A stretch of 59,683 bases of DNA, counting the filler, from Squatina squatina (lineage: Eukaryota): assembly GCA_031763465.1 (NCBI GenBank). It is 4 parts of 4 records of this genome, joined end to end, with 100 filler letters (N's around TTAATTAATTAA, not from the genome) between each part and the next. Parts side by side here need not be neighbours in the genome. Positions count along the whole stretch, not along the records: positions 26,101 to 46,211 come from JARFOE010000005.1; positions 46,312 to 59,683 come from JARFOE010000072.1; 2 more parts are not named here. The stretch is one strand, 5' to 3'. Positions 39,056-51,108 of the stretch are shown one piece after another. The notes below the pieces were generated by a model, which was given only the letters and a program-made list of their open reading frames with translations, had not been told where the DNA came from and searched no databases. Numbering within the stretch: the first letter of the stretch is position 1; every line of letters starts with the position of its first letter. Position numbers and translations under genes: made by a program.

Positions 39056-39719
39056 GTAGTGTCTGGGTAACCCAAGCATTTCATCTGTGTAATGTATTTG
39101 CTTCATGGGTTCTTTGCTTAAGAGTTCATAGCGACACATTGTTATTAGCAAAGGTTTAACAAACAAACAAAACACTCCCAGTTCATGCACACAACTGCAT
39201 GCCTACTTGTAGAAAACCCGAACTCAATGTTCTGTGACTATCATGTGACTGGCTCAGCCATTCACAATGCAACAGCTCCCCCAGCCCTTAGAGCATGCTC
39301 AAAGGTGCATATTTACAATCTGTAGTGTGCGTTTCACAGTGTGTGGCAGTTAACTTTGACGAAGGCCTCCATTTCAAGGGGAGGCAGGTACGGTGTTTTG
39401 CAGGTCCCGAAGTGGGCAATGCAAAGGGGAGGTGGAGGCCAAATGGCCAAGACTTCTCAGCATAACATTAATCAGAGTCTCACCTGCCCAAACGCAGCCA
39501 GGTAGAGCACTATCTGACCAGCGGCCAGGAGTGGACAATTAGAGAGGAGGTAACGGCTAGAGACCTATGGGATTGATCCCCAGCATTCACTGGGGGGGTT
39601 TTGGGCGGGCGAAGGCAATNNNNNNNNNNNNNNNNNNNNNNNNNNNNNNNNNNNNNNNNNNNNNNNNNNNNNNNNNNNNNNNNNNNNNNNNNNNNNNNNN
39701 NNNNNNNNNNNNNNNNNNN

Positions 39720-39901
39720 TTTTACATCCACCTGAGGGCAGATGGGGCCTCAATTTAACATCTCATCTGAAAGATGGCACCTCCAGCAGTGTAGAACTTG
39801 CACTGGGGCGTCAGCCTAGAGTTTGTGGTCAAGTCTCTGGAGTGGGACTTTAACCCACGACCTCTGACTCCGGTGCTGAGAATGCTACCCACTGAACCAC
39901 A
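39720..39901 (-). mobile_element. Deu-domain SINE 5' half in the KCNJ5 intron
   Basis: The reverse complement has a tRNA-like head followed by CTTTCAGATGAGATGTTAAATTGAGGCCCCATCTGCCCTC. Confidence 0.75.
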
Positions 39902-40029
39902 GAAGTCTAGATACCCCCATATAAAGTGTCAAAGGGGCAATATAGCCAACTCTCTTGTATTTCACGTATGAATGCTCCCTTGTGTTGTTGGAGCAGTGTG
40001 CGTTCACCCTGTCCTGTCTTTCCCAACAG

Positions 40030-40427
40030 GAATGACCTGTCAAGCCAGAAGCTCGTACTCTGACTCCGAGGTTCTTTGGGGACATCGATTCAACCCAGTG
40101 TTAACTCTGGAGAAAGATTTCTATGAAGTGGATTATAACAGTTTCCATGAAACCTACGAAACAAACACCCCAGTCTGCAGCGCCAAGCAAGTGGCAGAGA
40201 TGCTGAGTGCAGGCCGGATCCTGTCCGAGGTGACTTGCCCATACCTTCCCAGCGAGGATGTTGGTACGGAGATGGTGGACAACACAGATGAAGAAGGAGA
40301 CCGCAGCACAAACAGCCCTGCTGCCAAAGTGGAGGACTCAATGCCTTTCTCTGCAATCAAAGACTCTGAATATTGTACAGGGTTTTCAGCCAGGTTCATA
40401 CAAGGACTTGAAGCACAGAAACTCTAG
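40030..40427 (+). CDS. KCNJ5: Kir3.4/GIRK4-like last coding exon
   Basis: Acceptor tttcccaacag|GA (phase 1, matching the 39055 donor), then [50 protein letters not shown]. Confidence 0.88.
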
Positions 40428-40849
40428 GATACGCTGACTCCAGCGAGCTGTGGGATTCCCCCAGATGCTACTTTCTGTTACTGGCTGAGCAAACCAGTGA
40501 TTAACAATGTAAACAGAACTGAATTCAAGATATATATATAAGGAGAATCTCACCATTATACTCATCATGTACAGTGTGGATTAGTCAGAATTGGGGAACA
40601 GGATAGTTTCATTTGTACAGAAAGAACAAACGTCATCCTTCACTCTGCCCCTGCCTGCTTATTACTGGGACACCTCGTGTACGCGCTGNNNNNNNNNNNN
40701 NNNNNNNNNNNNNNNNNNNNNNNNNNNNNNNNNNNNNNNNNNNNNNNNNNNNNNNNNNNNNNNNNNNNNNNNNNNNNNNNNNNNNNNNAGCCCAATTGAC
40801 ACCCCATTATAAGCTTTCCCAACTTACGAAAGTAGCAGTAGTTCCTTCT

Positions 40850-42073
40850 TTTCCCTCTCCCTCCTTTCTTGAACAGCAAGGTTACATTACCTACGAAACC
40901 ACAGAGACCATTCTAGAAACTAGGGAATTCTGGAAGATCACAATCAATGCATCCATTATCTCTGCAGCCACCTCGTTTAACACCCTAGGATGTAGGCCAT
41001 CAGGTCCAAGGGACTTGTTGGCATTTAGTCCCGTCAATTTTTCCAGTACTTTTTCTTCACTAATATTAGCTACTTTACGTTCTTCACTTTCATTAGACCC
41101 TTGGTTCCCACTATTCCTGATATGTTACTTGTGTCTTCTACTGTGAAGACAGATGGAAAATATTTGTTTAACGCTTCTATTATTTTCTAATTCCCCATTA
41201 TAATTTCTCCTGCCTCTGCCTCTAAGGGACCCATGTTTACTTTTGCTAATCTTTTTCTTTTTACATACTTGTAAAGGTTCGTACAATCTATTTTTATATT
41301 TCTTGCTAGTTTATTATCATATTCTATTTGCTCCCTCTTTATCAATTTCTTGGCCACCCTTTGCTGATATTTAAAACATTCCCAATCCTTAGGCTTGCTA
41401 TTCTTTTTGGCAACATTGTAAGACTTCTTTTAATTTAAATCTGTCCTTAACTTCTCAAGTTAGCCATGGTTGTAGCCCTTTTCCAGTAGACTTTTTATTT
41501 CTCAAGGGAATGTATATTCATTGCGAATTATGAATTCTTTCTTTAAATGTTTGCCATTGCTTATCTAATGTTATATCTTTTAATCTCATTTTCCAACTAA
41601 CTTCTCATACCTCCGTAATTGGCTTTATTTAAATTTAACACCCTAATTTCGGACTTAACGGCATCACTGTGAAGATTAAAATGAAATTCGATCAGATTAT
41701 GATCACTCTCCCCTAGAGGATCCTTTACTATAATATTACTAATTAACCCTGATGTATTTCACAGTACTAGATCTAAAATAGCCTTTTCCCTAGTTGATTC
41801 CCGACATTGTGTTCCAGAAAACTATCTCGAATGCATTCTGTGAACTCGTCCTCTAAGCCAATTTGGTTTGCCCAGTCTATATGAAGATTAAAGTCCCCCA
41901 GGATTATTGCATTAGCCTTGTTACATGCTTCTTTAATTCCCTGATTCATACTCTGCCCAACATTATGATTACTGTTAAACGGCCTATCAACTACTCCCAC
42001 CCATGTTTTTTGCTCTTTGTTATTTCCACCCATACTGATTCTACATCCTGATTTTCTGGGCTAAGCACCTTTC
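40850..42073 (-). mobile_element. CR1 ORF2 endonuclease-to-RT segment, decayed
   Basis: VESVWVEI, GVVDRPFNS and IILGDFNLHIDW..FTECIRDSFLE (APE domain), with a KSLGPDGLHPRVL-like motif near 41000. Confidence 0.88.
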
Positions 42074-42173
42074 NNNNNNNNNNNNNNNNNNNNNNNNNNN
42101 NNNNNNNNNNNNNNNNNNNNNNNNNNNNNNNNNNNNNNNNNNNNNNNNNNNNNNNNNNNNNNNNNNNNNNNNN

Positions 42174-42390
42174 GTGGAACTCGCTCCCACAGGGAGTGGT
42201 TGAAGCGAATAGTATCGATGCATTTAAGATGAGGCTACGTAAGCACATGAGGGAGAAGGGAGTAGAGGGTGATGCTGACAGTTAGATGAGGAAAGGCAGG
42301 AGGAGGCTGGAGTGGAGAATAAACGCTGGCATGGACTGGTTGGGCCGAATAGCCTGTTTCTGTGCTATTTATCCTGTGTAATCCTATGTA
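42174..42390 (+). mobile_element. CR1 3' end
   Basis: TGGAACTCGCTCCCACAGGGAGTGGTTGAAGC followed by the tail TTGGGCCGAATAGCCTGTTTCTGTGCT. Confidence 0.75.
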
Positions 42391-42575
42391 AATAGGAGCA
42401 GGAGTCGCCCATACCACCCCTCAAGTCTGCTTGGCCATTCAATAAGATCATGTGATGCTTTTAATGCTAACAGCCAGCTCCTGCACAGTCCCATTCCGTC
42501 ACATCGAAAGGAAGGATTACGCTTCATGTGATGTCATTTACTTTTTGTTTTCCGCATTCATCTCTGTTTCCACAG

Positions 42576-42647
42576 ATCCGGAGAATCATGATTGATGGGA
42601 AGAGTGGCAATAGTGCCATCCGCACTCTCGTCAAATCCTTGGATGAG
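42576..42647 (+). CDS. CACNA2D2: Voltage-gated Ca2+ channel alpha2delta-2 internal exon (72 nt, phase 0-0)
   Basis: Splice sites tgtttccacag| and |gtaagg. It encodes [24 protein letters not shown], versus CACNA2D2 [24 protein letters not shown] (CACNA2D1 has FRTLVKSQDE). It is absent from the ORF track. Confidence 0.85.
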
Positions 42648-43542
42648 GTAAGGAGATCATCACTTGTGTGGATTTGTCAGTAACTCTCTGGTTTCTTGAG
42701 AAGCACCTTTAATGGGGAAGGAAACTACCCTTCTGATCAAACTGAGACCACATCCCAATGTTCATGAAATGGCCTGTCACTGTTTATAGGAATGAATATC
42801 AAAACCAATGGAAAGGTAGAGACACGGAGACAATTTGTTGCGCCCCTCTTTCCAGCCACTGTGGCTTAAATGGGCTCAGACCAGGGATCAAACCTAAATC
42901 TGTCTGGTTCAGTTATGCCTCTGTTCACTGGGGGAGCTTGCGTGGGCATTGGATGTTTATAACTGAGGGGAGCTTGGGAAGGAGGAGGCTCCATTATGCT
43001 CGAGCTATGATTAGGTCACACTGATGCTCAAAGGAACAGCTCCCAGTGATTCACAGATTCATTCACACATCTGAATCGAAGATTGCTAGACTCGCTGCAG
43101 TACTTCACTCAACATTTTCAAATGCATTCATTTCAAACAGATTGCCATTATCAATGCTACAATAGACTCGCTCTGAATAGCACCATTCAAGTGAGATACA
43201 CGGTGTCCTTGGGATTCTCATCGTATCAATGTAGAGAGGAGAACACTCAGTGCATTGACGTTAGAGCCCAATAGACTGAGCGTGATTGGTACTCTGAGAC
43301 TGAATTACTGAGCACAGGTATTTAATTTTCAGAAATAATGATGTTTTGTACGGTTTCACACTTTATGCTGAGAGCACCTGAAAGCTGCCACAGAGTTAGG
43401 TCAAGGACATCCCTAGCATATTACCCTGGAAACGTGAAACTCNNNNNNNNNNNNNNNNNNNNNNNNNNNNNNNNNNNNNNNNNNNNNNNNNNNNNNNNNN
43501 NNNNNNNNNNNNNNNNNNNNNNNNNNNNNNNNNNNNNNNNNN

Positions 43543-43872
43543 TTATCACATTGCTGCTTGTGGGAGCTTGCTGTGCGCAAATTGGCTGCTGCGCTTCCCA
43601 CATTACAACAGTGACTGCACTCCAAAGGTATTGCATTGCCTGGAAAGCACTTTGAGATGTCCAGTGGTTGTGAAATGTGAATCTTTCTTTTTGAAATGGT
43701 GGTAGAGGCAGACACCCTCATCACATTTAGAAAGTATGCACTTGAAGTGCTGTAACCTATAGGGCTACGGATCAAGAGCTGGAAAGTGGGATCAGGCTAG
43801 ATAGCTTTTTTTCAGCCAGCCCAGACACAATGGGTCAAACAGCCTCCTTCTACGCTGTAAATTTCTATGATT
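43543..43872 (+). mobile_element. Deu-SINE 3' tail followed by a CR1 3' end
   Basis: ATCACATTGCTG..CTTGCTGTGCGCAAATTGG, as at 29870, then a CR1-type tail ending ATTTCTATGATT. Confidence 0.7.
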
Positions 43873-46255
43873 CATTTCACTATCTTCAATATCTTGATCT
43901 GCAGACTGCACCAATCCACAATGCACATAAGAGGGCAGTACTGTACCAGATATAACACAGAATGTGGAACTGATTTGCGTTAACCTCCACAAGCTGATTT
44001 TTAAAAAATGTTTATACATTTTTATGGATTTGACATAAATTGAATTATCATTCCTCTTGAGGGTATGCTTTCAAATTTTGCCTTTAACTTTATTTTAATT
44101 TTAATTTTTATGAGGTGAGAAATGAATGCCCCCAGTCCATCTGTCCCTAGCCTCTGTGCTCTGTCAAGTTAATGTGTGAAGGCACTGAATTTGCCAATTC
44201 ATGTCAAAGTAAAGCTGTGCTGCCCTTAATCTGACCAAATTGAAAATGGAGCAGCAGGTGCTTTTTGTATATTTCATTAAAAAAAAGTGGGTATCNNNNN
44301 NNNNNNNNNNNNNNNNNNNNNNNNNNNNNNNNNNNNNNNNNNNNNNNNNNNNNNNNNNNNNNNNNNNNNNNNNNNNNNNNNNNNNNNNNNNNNNNTATCT
44401 CACCACCTCTGAATTCAGACCAGACAAAAGAGGTGAAGGTCTCTTTCTGGGTGTGGTTTCCTATGTGATGAGAGTTTAGGTACCTTTAAACCATTTAATG
44501 GCCCAAAGCTGACCATAATTTGACATTAAATTGCTAGTCTCAGAGTGGCCACAAGGTTGGTTGGGAGTGAAATTCTGTTCTGAGATTGGGACTAAGGCAC
44601 ATTGTCAAGAGTAGCAGCAGAATAGAGGCAGCTTTATATTGTACCTTACTGTGCTAAACCTGGCCTGGGACTGATTGTTGCTCAAAGTGGAAAATATTTT
44701 TTTCACAAGTGCTACCCTCCCTCACATCAGTGAGCAAACAAGTTCATCTTGTTGCCAAAATATACTTTGAAATGATATGTCCAGGGCTGTATTTTTGAAT
44801 GGAATATCTCGGGATTATTTCTTTAACCTAACTTCAAGTTTGCTTGATTATTACCTTAGACACTGTCAAAATCGCTGGACAAAAGTGACCTTTTTCTCGA
44901 CTAGCATCTGTTGTTGATTACTACATTAAGATGCAGTATGTCTTACAGAACTAAGAGATCAAGCTTCTGATCATAATATAGGAGAGATGGTTTTATTTTT
45001 AACGCATTGTCTTAAGAATTGTAATTTCAGTTATAAGAGCAGCCTGGATTACTGTAACTGCATTCATTGCAGAGTAAATATGAAGTAAAACTGTCCACCC
45101 TATTTTGTGACTCTCTTTGTTTATTTCATGCAGCATAGGCGCATCTAATCATTTATTAGCTTTCTTAAAATCCTCCTCTAAATTAAACGATCACAAAAAA
45201 AGTAAATAGTAAAATTATATTGTGTCATTTGACCTGAGAGTTATAATGACCAATGCGCAGTGCAACACTCTGCTTAGATTCTTATCTCAAATCACCCTGC
45301 TGTGGAATGTTGTCAAGTGAAAAGCAACCCTCATGGGGACTCCTCTGGTGCTCACTGTCCGTGGAATCGGACCCCAGTGGGGGAGTTAGAGCCGAGGGAA
45401 ATGGGGAGAGAAAAAGGATTTGAAGTAATAATGTTACACTTCGCTTTCATTGTAAATAATTTGGTGATGAATCGATGACACAAAGCACTGACACCCTTGA
45501 TTGGATTACTTGCCCCTGGTCATTTAGTATCTTCTGCCCGATTTACATAAGAAATCAGGAAATGAGAAAAGATCATCTAGTTCATCAACATCACTCCTTA
45601 CATTGATCAAGTAGAATTTACCCTGTAATCTGGAAAGAGAAAAGCTAGGTTATGACATTTTGGATGTGTACACTTCCGTCAGAATTTAGCACACAGGCTA
45701 TTCCCTGCTATTCAATCCCTGAGAGAACGAGAGCTGAGATGGTTTGGGTTGATGTTGCCTTTTTTATGTAATGCAGCTGAGATCCTGTGTAATGGAACAA
45801 TGCAACACTGCTGAATTGTGCAAGTCCGGCTCATCACTGTACAGTACAAAAAAAACAGAAAAAAAAATCAACTCCAGTTTCGATACAAGATTGGCAGCAG
45901 CAGGTGTCCGATATGTACAGGAATTACAAACAGAATCCAGTATTTACACATAGTTACAACAGCTTTGCTTTTCACACTTTACACCAAGACACAAAATAAA
46001 ACCCAAAAAGACACAGAAAATAGATCAATTACATGTAGCAATTGACATAATTGGGTGACGATCTCCCAGTACTCGATCCATCAGGAACTCAGAGGTGTCG
46101 CAAATTTGGGCTATTATATTTCTCCTAAAGAATACCGCCAATATGTTTCTGGAACACAGTATGTCTTATCAGCACGAGTTGCGCACGAACATTTTGACCT
46201 GTTTCTTCAGGNNNNNNNNNNNNNNNNNNNNNNNNNNNNNNNNNNNNNNNNNNNN

Positions 46256-46267
46256 TTAATTAATTAA
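46256..46267. other. Synthetic scaffold linker TTAATTAATTAA
   Basis: Same structure as the linker at 13569. Confidence 0.95.
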
Positions 46268-46732
46268 NNNNNNNNNNNNNNNNNNNNNNNNNNNNNNNNN
46301 NNNNNNNNNNNCACATCTCAGTGATAAAGTGAATAAGTCCCATTCCACATCTTTTATCTGAGAAAGCACTTTATTTTCTACAGCTGGATAGGTATTTGAA
46401 ATAATTGGATGTGAAAAGTGAAATCTGGAAGAAGTAGCATATCTGGTTTGGAAATAATTAATCAATGCCAAGAGTCTTGAATCCTATACAATAAAATGTG
46501 GTTGGAGGTCAGGAGCTATCATTGCCCCAATCAACTGTATAATATTGGTGGTTAGCTTGCAGAGAATTTGGGTACAGGTTCAAAGACAGTCAATTGTTAT
46601 TTCCTAATTGAGTAGCCACTCCAAGTGATACTGTTGCATCAGAACAAAAACATCATAAACATCAAATCCTGAATGGAGAACTTCCAGTGCAGGATAGTGA
46701 AAAAAACAAATTGTTGTAGATTTGTCTAGTTA

Positions 46733-47110
46733 GAACCATAGAAATTTACAGGATAGAAGAGGGAATTTTCCCTATTGTTCCAGTGACAGCTCTTTGTCAG
46801 AACAATCCAAAATAATACCTCTGCCCTGCTCTCTCAAATTGCCTTGTATATGCTCCAAATATTTATTCAATTTCCCTGAAAACATGTAATGATCTCTGCC
46901 TCAACCATCCCATGCTCCGTCAAACTTTTGTGTAAAGAAATTTCTCATAAATTGACTCAGTGACAAGTGCCAATTTTAAATTGATGACCGGTTGTTACCG
47001 ACTCTCCAAACAGAGGAAATAGTCTTTTCCTAGTTACTCTGCAAAACTCAAATAGCCTCCGTTAAATCTCGGCTTCTTCTGCTTCAGTGGAAATAGTCAC
47101 AGTATCTCAA
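46733..47110 (-). mobile_element. Old CR1 3' fragment
   Basis: AGAACCATAGAAATTTACAG inverted tail; the minus strand has TATTTCCTCTGTTTGGAGAGTCGGTAAC and GAGAAATTTCTTTACACA motifs. Confidence 0.55.
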
Positions 47111-48477
47111 GTCTCCTCATAACTATAATTTTCCATCTCTGGCATCACCCTGTAAGTCACACACACTGCTCCACAACCTGGAGTCTTCCTGTGCGATCGN
47201 NNNNNNNNNNNNNNNNNNNNNNNNNNNNNNNNNNNNNNNNNNNNNNNNNNNNNNNNNNNNNNNNNNNNNNNNNNNNNNNNNNNNNNNNNNNNNNNNNNNA
47301 AAAATGAGGTACAAGAATCTCTCTGAAGTCTGAGCGTGGGGCAAGATAAAGGGAAAAACAATGAAAAAATATTTTACTTCTGTGCTTTATTCCATGTTGC
47401 TCTCAGGCTTCTGCAGCAACTTGTAGATATCAGAAAGCATTATCTCACAGTATGCATTCTTTATCCTTCATCCTTCCCAAATAAACAATTATTTTATTTT
47501 AAAATGAAGTTGGAGTAAAGATGAATTGAGCCAGGTCTTTCTCGGTCTAAGGAGAAAGGGGCCACTCGTGGGACAATAGACCATCCTCTGATGCCAGATG
47601 AACCTCTTACATGTCTCTCTTACCGAAGATATCCATAAAGAAAATATTTCTCCAGTGCATTTACTGAGAGAAATTGAAAATTTAAAAACAAAATAATCCT
47701 CCATATCAGAATTTGGTAACCCTGAGAGATCAAATTGAATGCCCTTTACCCAAACATATATAAAAAATGAGTCTCTGAGGATTAAAAAAGGTGGAGCATC
47801 TCTCCAGCCTGGTGAAGTAACCTGAGAACAGGCCCCATTTACCTGTTAACTGCTGGCAGGCTGCTCATTTCTTCCTTTTTCACTACAAATACAGTAGCAT
47901 TAATGCATTAGCTTAGCAAAGACAGAACTCAGGTCTGGCTGCTCAGTCAAGCCCAGCAAATGCTAATTGCAGAGGTAAAAAAGAGAGAAGCTTGTTGTGT
48001 GCAAGGCAGGAAGGACTGCTTACATTATTGCTATTGGTGCCCCTTGCCCTGTGACTAATCTGCCCCTGTGATGAATAACTTAGCAAATCTAGAATCTGGC
48101 TGAGGAAGAATAAATATTCGTGTTTGCTGCAAGTGTAGCTTGACTTGGTTTGCATGGGACTGGAGCTTTACAGCAGCATCGTATGTCACAGGAAAATGCA
48201 GGGACCGCAGGGAGAGGCAGATTCATTGAGTGTAAACTACTTATGTTTCCAACCGCTGCTTCCAACGCTGTCTGTTATTTGACCCTTGATCTTGCACAAC
48301 TCTGCTCCATAAACTGAGCTTCCCAGAGGGGTGCTATGTTACATCCCCTGCGGGTGTGAGTGTTTCTAACAGTAGTTNNNNNNNNNNNNNNNNNNNNNNN
48401 NNNNNNNNNNNNNNNNNNNNNNNNNNNNNNNNNNNNNNNNNNNNNNNNNNNNNNNNNNNNNNNNNNNNNNNNNNNNN

Positions 48478-48722
48478 GTGGTGACGTAATCCCGTAAGTC
48501 CGCGATGGAGTTGTTGACTGTGATGGCGATGGTGCGGTCGTGGATGGGAATGATGAGGCGTTTGGCAATCGGGATGTTGGTTTGTGGTTTAAAACAGAAA
48601 GTACTCTCGGTCACCGGACACATCGTGTCCTGGTGGACCAAGTATCTGCTCACTGAAGTCGTGACGCAGTACGTGCTGTTGCCCTGGTATGCCACCTGAG
48701 GCGATCCATGGTGGCCTGTGGT
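48478..48722 (-). other. Coding-like fragment resembling a retroelement/viral envelope (fusion) glycoprotein ectodomain
   Basis: Open frame HGSPQVAYQGNSTYCVTTSVSRYLVHQDTMCPVTESTFCFKPQTNIPIAKRLIIPIHDRTIAITVNNSIADLRDYVT has 3 Cys and NST/NNS sequons. It is CpG-rich with many C-ending codons, unlike its flanks. The family call is pattern recognition only. Confidence 0.35.
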
Positions 48723-50364
48723 TTAGTTCGGCAGTTTTCTGGCATTATCAAACAATATCAAGGACTGTGTGGACCATATGAGGTCCATAGATTTGTGGTC
48801 AGCATCTAAAGGCATATTCAAGCTGGTCTGCCAGATGCTGTGAGGTATTAGGAAGAGATCAGACAGTAGCTTCAGTAATCTCCTCCACATAGGCACCTAG
48901 AGGATGAAAGAAAAACCATATTTTACAATGATGCCAGGATTCAATTGCAGCTTACATAACAAGTGTGTTCAGCCTGACCTGAACTGAATCTACCCATATT
49001 TGTGGGTTCAGCTATAACCTATCCTTGACACTGGCCCATCCCTTGGCAGGGCCTTGCTCCTGGAAACCAGGGTGAAACTATAGCCTGAGAGGCAGGGAGC
49101 AATAGTAATTGCTGTTGATGCAAGGCCTTTTGGCTGTTATTAATAAATAGCAGCTAGAAGGCCTGCAGCTCTGAAGATCTAGTGCAGCACCTGCAAATAA
49201 AAGTCCAATGTCAGTGCTCCTCATAGTGAATTCTCAACCGATGGACACAGAGAAAACGGACAGTATTCTCATCTCATTACCATCTGATTTTAATGTTAGC
49301 ACTCTCATAATTTCATAGTCAATGCAAAGCGGGTGGACCACCATAGCTCTCAGCCCATTTTTCCTTTGCCTTGCATCCAGGGAATAAGCATTTCCGGAGT
49401 GCAAAGTCGAGAAAAATTGGCCTATTGCATGTTATGAATGCCTGTGTGGCAGTGCAAGAATAAATAAGTGTATGGAGGAATATACAAAGGATGGTACTAG
49501 TTGTTAGCCTGGAGGAGACTTTTAATGTTACCCTCCAGCAATCATTCTGTTGACTTAAGCCTCATAATATGGAGTGCCTTGGCCTCATATGGAATAAATG
49601 GCCTCAGGACCTTTTGTCATCTGTTCCCACAAGGTGCAGCTTTTTCTTGTAAGCAGAGGTTCTGAGTTTGTATATGAAATGTTGGAATTAAGAATAGCAG
49701 AAAATGTGTCATCCATGTGAGCAGTCTTTCAGCCGTCTTATGTAAGTTCAAGATAACTTGTATTGGCAGTGTGTTTGGTGGTTCTCGTTCACAAGAGTTA
49801 TGTGTGGAACTAGAAGGAGGTTTATGTGCCCTCAACAAAGTGTGCCATGCCACAATACGAGTATGTATGTGCATTTGCCAAAAAAGTGAATAGTTGCCTG
49901 AGTGTTGCATTTGTTGTCTGTGGGATACAGTACCAAGGTGAGGGTGAACTCTTCTGGCTCCGTCTAACAAAACTAAAAATGCTTGCAAAAAAACTGAAGG
50001 TATAATTGCCTTTCTTATTTCCTAAGGGGGAAAACAAACTTCAGGCAATTGGACCCATCAATCACTCCTCCCTTAAAATTGGAACACTTCCTTTCCAATT
50101 CTATTTACTGATAACCTTCAACCTTTGTATTACTGTCTCAGAGCTGTCAGTCTGCAGCAGAGGTTGACAATAAGGGACACCCGCTCAGCTGAGTTCCTGG
50201 TGACAGCATAGCTCTCATTATATGAGTGCTGGGCAGGAGTGTTGGGTTTGCGGAGGGAAGTCAATAGCTGAATTTAGTGGGAGACGTTGTTCTCGTTGCA
50301 CCTAGTAGCAAACTGATTTGCACCCTGTTAATAATGGGAGGTGCAAAGTAGCCCAATTTCTCTT

Positions 50365-50588
50365 CCCAAAACTGTGCACAGTACTCCAGGTGTGGCCTCA
50401 CCAGAGCCTAGTACAGTTGTAGCAAGAGTCTTCTACTCCAACCATCTAGCAATAAAGGCCAACATGCCATGTGCCTTCCTAATTGCTTGCTGTAGCAGTA
50501 TGCTAACTCTCCGTGTTTCTTGTACCAGACACCCAAATCTCTCTGAACACCAACAATTAATAGTTTTGCACCACTTAAAAAGTATTCT
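50365..50588 (-). mobile_element. CR1 ORF2 fragment
   Basis: The minus strand reads KAHGMLAFIAR..LLQLY.ALVRPHLEYCAQFW. Confidence 0.75.
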
Positions 50589-51108
50589 GGGGGCCCAACT
50601 GGGCAGCGCTATGCTGGAAACCTAAGTTGGGGAAAAAATGTGTTTTTGGCGCTGTTTCAGCGCCGCTCTATTAATGCGTGGAATTGGTCCCTTTAATTGT
50701 ATTTTTCTGGTGGGGTGCTAATCGGGCNNNNNNNNNNNNNNNNNNNNNNNNNNNNNNNNNNNNNNNNNNNNNNNNNNNNNNNNNNNNNNNNNNNNNNNNN
50801 NNNNNNNNNNNNNNNNNNNNNNNNNNNTTCTAGGCGCTGTTTTTCTCTGCATAATTTAGGCGCTAAGTTTGGGGAATTTAGCAACGGGGCGCCAATGAGG
50901 CGTTGCATGCACCGATGATGTCATCGGATGCACAAACACGATCTTGCCTGGCCGTGGAGGCGCTAAACTTTAGTGCCTCAAGTTTTTGCCTAATGAATTT
51001 CGCTAGAGGCGCTAAATGGCGATTTAACGCCTTAAGAATGTTTAGCGCCCCATTAATCCTTTAAGTAGGCATTAACCCAATTTCACACAGCGGCCAATTT
51101 CACCCCCC
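50589..51108. mobile_element. GC-rich Harbinger-like MITE (spans a gap)
   Basis: It starts GGGGGCCCAACTGG and ends CCAATTTCACCCCCC, with many internal GGCGCT/AGCGCC motifs. Confidence 0.6.
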
